A stretch of DNA of 64,000 nucleotides from Obrimoposthia wandeli. Its lineage: Eukaryota. Position 1 is the stretch's first letter. Each line of letters opens with the position of its first letter. Shown in pieces: positions 18,517-30,500 of this stretch. The stretch is from positions 62,001 through 126,000 of the forward strand of contig CDROCS010005690.1 in assembly GCA_977020255.1 (NCBI GenBank), written 5' to 3'. The translations under genes were made by a program, and so were the position numbers. The notes beneath the pieces were generated by a model that was given only the letters and a program-made list of their open reading frames with translations, searched no databases and was not told where the DNA came from.

Positions 18517-21500
18517 GTAAGTCAAGAATTTTTTATTTTTATCGTAATCTGTACTAGTTTTGATTATTTTAAGACGTTTTGGGTTCATGCATGATTGTAA
18601 TTTTCACTTTTCGACTCTGTCTTTAACTTCATATTCATTATGTAAGTCTAGTTATAATGCATTCTAAACATTTTATAGAAAATTAATAGTTGTAACAGTT
18701 TGATATCTGAAATTTACTTTCACTATTATAATTTTAAACAAATTATTATATTGTACTTTTTTACATTCATATAAATGACACTTATGCCAAATTGATTAAT
18801 ATATACATAATAGTTTTCGATACAAAATGATCAATTTAAAAGTTGTACAAACATTAAAAAACAGTATGAAAACATTTAATTTTGTTGGTTATTGTGGATT
18901 TAAAAAAGCTTGAAATTAACTTTTGACAGAACCCACCAAGGTCTCTTCCGGTTTTTGAAATGATGATTATTAAAAGGTGACTTCTTATTTTAACTCTCAT
19001 TATGTTACAGTCCATTTTACCTCTTTCAATTTGGGAGCTTTAAATCGGTTTATTTATTTGCTAAATTCTTCAAACAATTAATTTTGTATTTTAATTATTT
19101 TACAATAAATTACATCATTTTTTAGAATTGTAATTTATGCTTAGATACAAATTAGTCTTTTCCCACATATTGTGCGACTAATTTCTTATGATATTCAAAC
19201 ATGCAACATACACAAATTTGATAACAAAACTATATTTTCCATCTTTTTAAAAGCTTTTATTCATTCTATACTTCTGATCAACTTTTATTTGGCACTTTCA
19301 TAACTTCTTTCATGAATTTGATTTATAATATTTTCTGGCCCTTCATATACTGTTGTCTTTGTTTTTTATCGTTATTTTTCTAAGATATGATGGGCATATT
19401 TAAATTTCCTTTTATATATATACTATTTCGTCAACACATTCTCTGAATATTTTCTTTCCAAACATGATTTCTGATCGAGATTTGCCAATGGCATTTTGCA
19501 TGTTGTTTTCACGTTAAACTTTATTTCTGGCAGTAATTCCACCCACCTTTGCATCTCTAATGGTACGAAAATTCCTATCAATTTGACTATTAGCTGAATA
19601 ATGCTATGAACTCGACTGATGCAAAACATTGTAAAACTCACCCAATTCTTTCATCAAAGTGTTTTTGAAACTTTCTGTATGTATGACTCTTGAAGCTTAA
19701 CATTTGTTTTTCAGTTCATTCAAAATAGTTCTTCCATCTTGAGTGTTGGTTGCATTTAATCAGCATGCCATAAATTCCTATGATCGTTTCTTTTTATTTA
19801 TGGTATTCAAATTTCAACATCAATTGTTTTTACGATATCAATTGTTACTTTAAATTTTGTATTCTTATTTAACTTAACAACTGTTGGCCAGATAATTCAC
19901 TTTTGTTTACCATCATACTTGTTTTCGATCCCAATAAATTGTTTGGACGCGTGATGGGCCTTCCCGGCAAATTATATCGACATTCAAGCTGCATAAGTAC
20001 TTCATCCAGGTCTGTACTTGCGGAGTCATTGGCTTCTTTGTTTTTATCATAAATGTTATAGCTTTATGATCTGTTCTAAGCTTGAACCTAGCATTTGTAT
20101 CTTATATAAATTATTTCTTATAACCTGGATATGCCAAACTGGAGCATAATTACTACCACACGGGTTTTCTAATACTTTCAAAAACTTTCTAACATAATTT
20201 GCTAATCTTAAGAGGTTTCTTCATTTTTTTAAAAACTCGTTTAAATTCAGCAATTGTCTTTTTTGCTTTCAACCCTTTTCATTAAGATTATGTCACAGAA
20301 ATTAATCGATGAACTTGATCTTATAGATGTATTCGGAATAGAATAAAACGTTTGTAAAAAGGAATATCTACAATTTCTTTCCCGTATTCCCCGTTTCATT
20401 TGTGTATAGTTTAGGTATATTTATCACAGCATAGTTTATCAATTTCCAACAAAACAATATATTCATAATGTCATGTTGAATGGGATTAGGCAATTTTTTA
20501 CTGATTAAAGTAGGTTTGTTTTAAGGTTGAAGTTCGGGGATTGTTTTGAAAGTATGGTGTTAATGTTTCAATAAATTATTAAAACAAATAATTAATTATG
20601 TAATTAAAAAATTTCATAAAACTTTTGATCTCTCCTATACAAGAAATGGCTCTGGTTTTTCTAGATTGAATTTTACAATCAATTAATTGTACAACCACAA
20701 TGAAATACCCAAAAAAGAACCGTTCTCAAAATTTTTAAAAATAGATAAAGAAAAGTAAAAATAGAAACTGATTTTGCAAATGAATTAGAATGGAATTATC
20801 ACAGGTGTCGCCTATTTACAATTGACCTGGCTGTACTTATTCCCAGCCTCAATCCAGTCCTATGTACTTCAGCGGCGGGTTTATCTGACTGTCAGATACG
20901 CTGCTTTTCTCTCTTTCGCGGTTTAGTCGCCCATCAACATGACGACGGGCCTAATTAACCAATTAGGGAGATACTATTTACTCTTTCTCTCTGTTGTCTT
21001 TTATTCATAATTGAGGGTTTTTCTTTTATCTAAATTAAGATAGAGTTAAACGTACATATAAACATTAAAAAAACAAAAGTGGTCTTTGATTGACGGTAAC
21101 GGAGGACGGGGTGGGTTAATGCTTCGTTTCGAAGTTGATTAAGCTTCACAATGGTCAAAAGATAAACATTTCTATTAACTAATGAAGGCCTTTGCTTAAA
21201 CAATTTTCTATGTAGAATTTTCCTGAATTTTTAATTTCACCTGGATCTCCAGGAAGTTGTTATGTAACCATTGGCTTCTTTCGGTGTACATCGAGGTTCG
21301 GAAAGTGTGTGGGAGGTTCATCTTCATCTTTAATCATCTTTTCATAGCAAGTCACAATGTGTTTTGAAGATGGATCTCATTCCTTTAGTTTCTGTAATTC
21401 GTTTATCTGATGATGTATCTATTTCCAAATTTTTACTTTACCAAACTGCAAAATATGTAAGACTTTGGTGAGCATTTGTATTCACTAGCTCCTTAAAATT

Positions 21501-24500
21501 TGTTGCATCAACAACAGTTTCCGGACGATCTTGATTCTCAGTTCAAAGGCCTGTGTTGCCGTAATATATATTTTAAAAATTGAGTTTTCTAACGTTTACT
21601 GTGCTTTCTCCCAGTGTTTATTTGCGTTTCCGATAGCCTCTGACACACTATAGAACGTTCCAACAAAGAAGATTGAACCCCAGGAAAGTTTTCTTGTCCC
21701 AAATTGCTCAATATGGCGCTATGGTGGCTGACTGGCACACACGCTGTTGTTTTGGTATCACCAGCGGATGTGTATGTAGATCGAGTCGAGTGTTGGCGTG
21801 AAGAAGCTGTTGTTCACATGATGTATGTTCAGCTAAGATATAAACTATCTAGAGTATAGAACGGTGCGAAACTGAGTCTCGGTGGTCTGCTATGTAGGAC
21901 ATCGATGAAAATGCAGTCAGTGAGCTATTTTAGTATCAAAGTAACAATGACTCTACGATGTCTGTATTTATTTAATACCGTGCACATTTCAATGGTGCTG
22001 AAGCCACATAAGCAGCACCAGAAAAATTGCAGATTGATATTGTAAATGGAGACAGTTTTAAAACAACAATCTTCATCCGTGGACGACAACTAAGTCATTG
22101 CGATTTTGTTTTGCCACTTGAATAAGTTGAAAGTGAGTACGAGTAAAATTTCATCAATATAATGTCAGCTGTATAAAACTACAATGAGTGAGACTGGCAA
22201 TTGCTATGTATTTAGCCAGCTCTATATAAAAACGCCACCAATCACATCACGTCTGGAATTGTAAGTGGCGGGCAGAAAGTGATGTGACCGGTAGGCTTTA
22301 ACAAAAACACACAAAAGGTAAACTTTAATGCATAAAAATTTTCCCAAGTAGGAAACAGAAACACACACTGATTACACAATAACATCATAGGTCATTCTTT
22401 GGAATGCTGTAATCCAGTTTGTCTCTGGTTCTTGTGTGTCAAGTATGTCCCGTGAGGGTTTGTTTGCAGGGTTCTGCTCTGTAGGTATGAACTGTACCTC
22501 GATTCGCTTAATTGTAACCAACATTTGGACTGCCACAATTATCCACCACTCCTGTATATCGCTGGGAATTCTCTTGGTTTTAGTCGTCCAAACTAAACCT
22601 TGATTATCGCATAGAATTGTACATCCGGTTCTTCCCATCCAAAGCCTTAGCCTCCTGAATAAGAATAGTTCTCTCTGGGATTTTGAGTGCTGCATGGACT
22701 GTTCGCATCTGTGGCCCATAACTCTGTATATGGGATCTCGTTCCATTTCCATGTAGATGCCTGTCTTTGTAAAAGGTTAAAACACTTCTCACGTAAATCT
22801 TTATGCAAATAATTTTCCGTAAAAGGCCATCTCAATACGTTTGCCACATAATTTGCGTATCCTATGGCCTGTGGTGAATAATCTTTCTCTAAAACTAACT
22901 TTTATATGTACTCCACTTTTCATTTGACAAGCTCACTTGTTGTGTCATCAGGTGTATCAGTTGTGTCATACCACAATATAGAACTTGGCGAGCAGGCGTC
23001 AATTGCGATTTTTCCAAATTTACTTGTGGGTTCCATTTATCTAAAAAGGTTTTAAGATTTTCCCACATAGGGCTTTCCATAGGCGCCACGATTAAAATGT
23101 CATCGATGTGAACATGAATTAACGGAATCTTCCAAAACCTTTGAAATATTTTCATTATTGTCGTTAATGTCCATTGTAAGATGGCCGGACTTTGCCTCAG
23201 GCCCATCGGCAGCCTTGTAAATCGGTAATATTGGCCGAGCAATATTTTTTAAAGTTTAGCGCCATCGCCTACTATCGCCAACTTTGAGGACCACAGGTTT
23301 AAATGAAGATGGACTTTTGTTTATGTTCTATTTCCAATTTTAAAAATTTAAAGGAAACTAATTTAATGAATTCCTCAGGAGTTGTTCAGAGATTTATCCG
23401 GAGTTATCTAGAAGCAAAAATGTTGGACATAATTGAATATAGCTTTGAAGCAAATTTGTCTTTGAACGTACTTTAAGTAGACTACAGTTGCACGAATTGC
23501 CGTCGTCAGCAACGAATTCCGAGAGATTCGTGAATTATCACAGTTTCTCGTTACCCACGCTACTTTTGTTACAACACTTAATCACCCTATCAGTGTCGTT
23601 GGTTCACGTGCGCTATCGAGTATCAGTTTTCAAGTAATTTCCAACGGGATTGTTTTCAGCTATTTGCAGAACTACATCTGTCTGCTTCCATATGTCTATA
23701 AATCATTTTATTTAACATGATATACAGTCGGTTTATAAAGTCTTTACGAAGGTTTTCTTTAATGAAAAAAATTAACATATGTCCGGATGAAAGATTTTTT
23801 AAGATAAATAAATCGAAAAAAATTAAACATTTAAATTAGTATGAAAAATCTTAAACTTATTACTCGTCAAGACCTCTTTTGAAAGTGGGTGCTCCAACAA
23901 CTTTAGCCACATGAAAATCTTCAAAAAGACATAGATTTTGTCACCCTATTTGTACTGAAGTAGTACGCAACATTGGCGAAACATTTTGGGCGATTGGGAG
24001 TGTCTGTGATGCCTCAAGCAATAGACGACCTCGATCTCTGACGAAAATGTAGAAAGAATCGTAACTGTTGCAGGGGACATTCAACAGACTGTCACTCGGA
24101 ACTGCACCAACAAGTTCAATCTCTTTGTAGATCATAATCCAAAAATCACCTATGAGAAAGATTTTGAAAGAATATCTCAAGTGGCGAACGTATGGCATTC
24201 GAATTCTTCATGACCTGAAGGAGAAAGGCTATCGAGTTAAATTTACCATATGGATCCTCTCAAGAATAACTGATCATTGACTATTTTATCATTCATTGTT
24301 TTTTCCTGATGAGGCCCATTTCCCGTCAAGATGAGACAACACTCCACATAACGAGAAACGTGGTTTTATTATACCATCTGTTTGGAAAACATTTCCATCA
24401 AATCTGGTCACAATGTTCTCCTGATTTGGCTCCGCCAGACTATTCCTTATGGGCAGCTCTCAAAGCTAGTCTATGAACAACAACCATAAACAATTTTTGC

Positions 24501-27500
24501 TCCCAAGGAAGAAATACGCCGCCAAATAGAGGCTTTTGACATCAATCATTTGGTAAAGGCTGTGGTAAGCTTTCCCGATCGTGTGCAAATAGTTTTGGAT
24601 GTGAACGGTGGAAATTTTGAGCATTTATATTGATCTATCATAAATCGCTGTAGTTATAACGTATAAATATACGGTTTTTGAAAGTTTATACTTGATAACC
24701 AGTTTTTAATTTCCAAATAAACCTTCTTAAAGACTTTATAACGTATCTGTAAACTTAATATCTGGTTCCGAAAAATGACTCTGTATTACGACGCCTCATT
24801 GTCGATTTTGCGCATCTTACGCCACATTTGCCGAAACTATAAAAAAATAAACCCGATATATTGTAATTTAATTAAGTATTTCTTTAAAGTCAGCTAATCG
24901 TAAAAAAAATATTTATCGTAAATCGTTATGCTGATTAAAACATATATAGTTTATAGTTCTCAAATACATTATTAAGTTTTATTAAACTTTACAGGTAGAG
25001 AGAGACTGGCGATTTCATCTATTTAGCCAGCTCTTATAATAATCTCACACCAATCACATCACGCCTGGAATTGTAGATGGTAGGCTAAAGAGTGACGTGA
25101 TGGCGAGAGCAAACAACCTCAGGAATAAAACATAAAAATATACAGACATAAAAATTGTTCCAAGTGGAACTTTAGGACACATCAGTTAACATCTCCCTAA
25201 AAGCAGTTTCCCAATGGGTTTCTTGTGCCTCTGTCTGTTCTAGCACCTCCCATGATTGTGCATCCGCGGGGTTTTGTTCTGAGATAATGAACTGTACATT
25301 AAGTCTTTTAGTGGTCACCAATATTTGAACTGCGAGTATGACCCAGCCGTCAATCATGTTGCTCGGGATTTGCTTTGTGGTCCATACAAGCCCTTGATTG
25401 TCACAGAACAATGTTGATTCCTTCTGCGCCATCCAGCAGGCCCAAAGTAGAGCCTTGGCCTCCTGCACATAGATATTTTGCTCCGGGACTCGTAATGCTA
25501 GATGTATTCGTCGCCGAGGCTTCAGTTGCATCACTGCCACCGAAGTTGTAGTCGCATCCGTGACCCAGAGTTCAGAAGTAAGCTTGGTCCATTGCTAGGT
25601 GTGGGCATACGTCTGCAAGAAACGAAAACATTTCGACCGTAAACCTGAATGTAAATAGTTAACTGCGTAGGGCCATTTCAGGACTTGGGCTACGTAATTC
25701 GCAAATCATGTTGCTTCGGCTGAATAATCTTCTTTTGTGATGATGTCATCATATGAATCCCATTTCTCGGCGGACAGACTCACCTGTTGTGCAACCACGT
25801 CAAGTTGCATGCTGCAATAGGTCATGTTGTATGCTGGTATTAGCTGGGACTTTGTCTCGTTAATTTGCAAATTCCATTTTGCGAAGAAAGTCTTAATATT
25901 ATCCCACATCTTCGTGTTTCTTGGCGCGATTATTAATATGTCATCTATGTGCACATACACCATAGCGATATTCCAAATACGCTGGAAACGTTTCATGATT
26001 AGAGTCAGCGTCCACTGGAGGATCGCCGGACTTTGTCGGAGTCCCATTGGCAATCTTGTAAAACGATAAAATCTATCGTGATGCCAGAAATTTGTTATGT
26101 GCCTGGATTTCTTTTCTAACGGCATTTGATAAAATGCGCCTGTTAGGTCTATTCTGACAGCCATCATACCCGAAGGGATTTGTTTGAGCTTCTCTGCGAG
26201 ATTCGGGATTCGCATATATAGTTTCGGCAAATGTTGCGTAAGAGGCGCAAAATCGACAATGAGGCGTCGTAATACAGAGTCATTTTTCGGAATCATTCGA
26301 ATTTCAGAACTATAAACTATATATGTTTTACGATAAATATTTTTTTGCAAACGTAATACCAATCTTTGTACATAAAATGTTAATTTGATTTAACAAAAAT
26401 AATGTTAAAAGCTTTTACGATTTTCTGACTTTAAAGAAATACTTAATTAAATTACAATATATCGGGTTTATCCGATGTAGATCCAATTTGGGAAAAATCC
26501 CAATTTAATTCTCTCTCCTGATTAGTTGCACGAATGTATTGTGACTATTTTCAGAAAACTTTCCTATTTGACTATTGCCAAAGTCATTTAGGTAATAAAT
26601 CAAATATTAGAGACTAAATGTCTGAGACCATTAGTTTTCGTCGTTTATCGATTATTTAGCGATCTTTTCCCTATACATGGCTTTTTTAGGGAAAGTTATG
26701 TAGTAAAATTTATGACCCCCTATTGATTTTTCTTAAATTAGAAGAATAGTTTTTCAATCGATTAATTTATGAATTACTGTTAAAAATTAGTACATCACAG
26801 TTACCATTCAGTTTTGGAAATATTTTTCTTGTTTACAAAAGCTGTTGGACGTTTGTTGTCAGAAACAATGGATAATTTGTATTGTATCTGATCTTACAAG
26901 GGGGCTCGTTGTGACAAATATGATTGGTGTGTAGCAGGAGACGCCCGTTTATAGTACTGCATCAATTGTCCATAAATACGCATGCCACATGCACTGACAG
27001 CACACTCAATTGACATCTCACTACATTCCCACTCAGTGTCGAAAATATAATTATACAACTCGTAGTCTATTTGCTTTAGTTAATGTGAAAAAACAACAAA
27101 ACAACTGTATTGTGTGTTTGTATTTATTTTTCTGGTTTCTTTAATTATATATTGCATTACATCACAGTTCACAGTTGCAGGCGACAGTGACGCGACTTTT
27201 AAAACTGAAATATTAATTAAGAACTAGATAAGTTAATACTTATTAATGTGAGTATAGTATTTTTGATTAATTTCATTATATCTTTACGTTTATGGATTAC
27301 ATTTTAATACAGTAGATTCCACTTATAACAAACGCGCTTATGACAAAAACTCGTTTATAAAAAACAATTTTAAACATTCTCAGGAAAATTAGTATGTATT
27401 AAATTAAGCCAATTTCGAATAATAAACCATTTTCCTGGCCCCTTCAATGTTGTCAATAACAGATTACAATTTTTAAAATTTGCTTAGGCTTTTATTAACA

Positions 27501-30500
27501 TTTATATTTTAAAGAAATACACATGCATTTAAACAAATAAAGAATGATAAGGTTGACACAATTAGTTAAATATTCAAGTAAAATAATTAAAGTGCATGAA
27601 TAATTATTATTTACTTGATTTATTTTTGTCAAATACGTAAAAGGCCAAGTGGTAAGCATTTTTCAACTCGTCCATCTCCACACTGTAGGTCTACAGTCAG
27701 AATCTCAGCGATCACGATGCCTGCATCGACGAGTTTAAGATCATTCTGCGACTTCTGCCAGATGAGAACTTCCATCTGCTGAAGTACCTCTGTCATTTTC
27801 TCAGTCAAATCGTGGAGAAAGAGTCTAACAACAAGATGGATTTCAAGAATCTCGGGATCGTGTTTGGACCGAATATCTTCAAGCTCAGTCAGGGGATTGA
27901 GGTTAGTAAATACCACCTTGTCGGCATCCACCCAACTAAGGCTGATTCGTTGAACAGGGTGATAATGGGGCATTGTGGAACAATTCTTGAAAATCAAATA
28001 AAAGTTGATAACTGCACCATAGTTTTTAGCGTTTTTTATACCCTTAAAATAAACAGGGTGACAATGGGGTATTGTGGAAAAACCGAAAAATTCTTGAAAA
28101 TCAAATAAAAGTTGATAACTGCATCATAGTTTTAGCGATTTTTATACCCTTAAAATAAACGAAAATATCTAATATAGCATTAATTTATTAATAATTGTAG
28201 AATTATTTATCAAAGGTACTTTATAAAATTTTTGAGCAGTTATCTGTAGTATTTAATATGTCCTCCGATGTCTTCAATACTATTACACCTTAGCGGTTTG
28301 GAAAATTATTATAAAGTCGGTATGCATACACCCGGAAAAGACGGTATCCTCTTCGAGTTTGATCTTTGAATTGCCAGGCTTCTATTATAGTAATTGGAAT
28401 TTCAATTTTTTTGAAGTTTTTATAAATATGGAGATAACTTTAAATCTAAAGATTTTTAAATCAATAGAACTATATTTGAGTATTTTTCGACAGCCAATGT
28501 AGTTCAAATGTATAGTTGTCATCCCTCTTTATTTTATAGATAATTTCTAAATAATCCTCATTTGTTTGTTCATATTTGCTTGAAATCTGTTCAGGTAAAA
28601 TTGGGGAAGATTGTACAATAATTATTTGTGGAGGTCTAACCTGGAGGTGACAATACATATGGTATTGGTTTCTTTTGATATTTATTTCCCCGAATTTACT
28701 TATTCTTATTTGTTAGTTTAAACTTTTTACAATATTTTAGCAAAATCCATATTTAGTTTCTTACCAAGAATAAATCCCAAATTATTGATTAAAACTTTAG
28801 TTTACATCTCATTAGTACCTACTTTTATGTAGCATTCTAACTGATTTAATAATGTAAGTATTCCATGATCCAGAAATATTGCATTATGTTTTTCTTCATT
28901 TTATTCAAGCTGAGTCGTCCTTGAAAATGAGCAACTATATATATGGTCGTCAAGTCCAAGGAGAATCATGAAAAGTGAATGTTGTTTAAAATTTATTAAC
29001 TAAATTGTTTAGCGCGGTTAGAGTTAAATCTGTTTTGGATTTGAGTCCTTTAGATGTTGAAAACATACGAAGTATTTGAGTAGGGCATTTCTTGCCTTTG
29101 TAAATAACACTGCACAAATAACAAACGATAATGCATAGAAATTTTTGGCGACATTAAACTTATATAATGTAAATAATGAATCTGAATGGGTGATGAATTT
29201 ATTTATATTATACATTACAAATTATAAACAAATTCCTTATTTTTTAAAAATAGCAACCAATTAAAAACTAGTTTTTCTATGATAACCTTGTATTTTCAAT
29301 TTTCTGAACTTCTCCATATGACCTTGAATTACAGGCAATATATAGCTGTATGAAACCCAATTTCAGATGTATTGAATATATTCTTAATCATATTGATTTT
29401 ATGTAAGACATATAATTTTGAAATTATCTTTGCAGGGTTTCAAGATGCAGACGTCTCTAAACAACATTTTCACGATTCTCATCTCCAACTACAAACTGCT
29501 CTTCAGGTCCAGCAGTTCGCAACGAGATGTGACAGCGGGCTCAGGATATTTGATGGATACGCAGCTCATCACTCAAACGTGAGTTCTTTTGGGTATCTAT
29601 AGATATAGAGACAGCTTCAAATACCTGTTTTGTACAATGAGATAGCGAAAGGAAAAAATCTTCAAATTTTAAACGTTTTAAAATACAAAATATCGAAATT
29701 AAATGTACAAAATTTTTATCGAGGTTGCGTCATATTGAGGCTGCTAACATTTCCATTATCAGCTAGTTCAGTGATATCTCCCACCCCGCCACAGATTGTC
29801 CACCGATGGCCACAAGTCAAGCCCGTCATTGAGTGGTGACTTCGATCTGAGTAGCAGCAACGACAACCATCTGTACTCTGTGCCGCCGCTGCTCCCACTG
29901 CCCAGTGTCTCCTCCGACCTTCAGCGCGTCATCAGCTCCTGTGTGGACTCTCATCTCTCTCTGGGGACCCCACAAGTTGGGGACGACCTTGAGCACACGA
30001 GCGCCACAACCATCACTACTACCAATTCCGTCACGGGCACCACAAATACGGCGGTGGCCTCCAAGGCAGTCGATGTGAGTCAGCTCCGCCTAACTCCCAC
30101 TATGAAAAATGTAGCGCAACTGCAATTTGAAGAGATTTTCCTAAAATTTAGAGTAGGTTATACAATTTTGCAATTCATTATTTTTTGTAACTTAGAAAAT
30201 TATGAAATTGTAATTTTTGAACATGTAATACTTTTTTAATTATAGTTTTTATTTATTTATTGTGATTCATTGAGAATCAGTTGCTTTCTTTTCGTAGAAA
30301 TTGTATTTCAATGTCAGTGCAATCACTATCGTCTTTCTTGTGTGCTCATAAATTGTCCTATAAATCATCAAATTTCCGATCATCAAACATTCCAATTTGA
30401 AGCAGACGTTTCTAATCAATTTAAATTAAGTGTCCAGAAGATTAGCGGAGGTCTGAAGAATGAGCCACTTATTGCAAGAAAACTTAACACCTGTTTAAGA

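Noticed and set aside
25172-26362. DIRS/Ngaro assignment of the RT
   Set aside because: No tyrosine recombinase, methyltransferase or gag nearby, and the PMG, DAT and PNL motifs fit hepadna-like P better. Not fully excluded without a tree.
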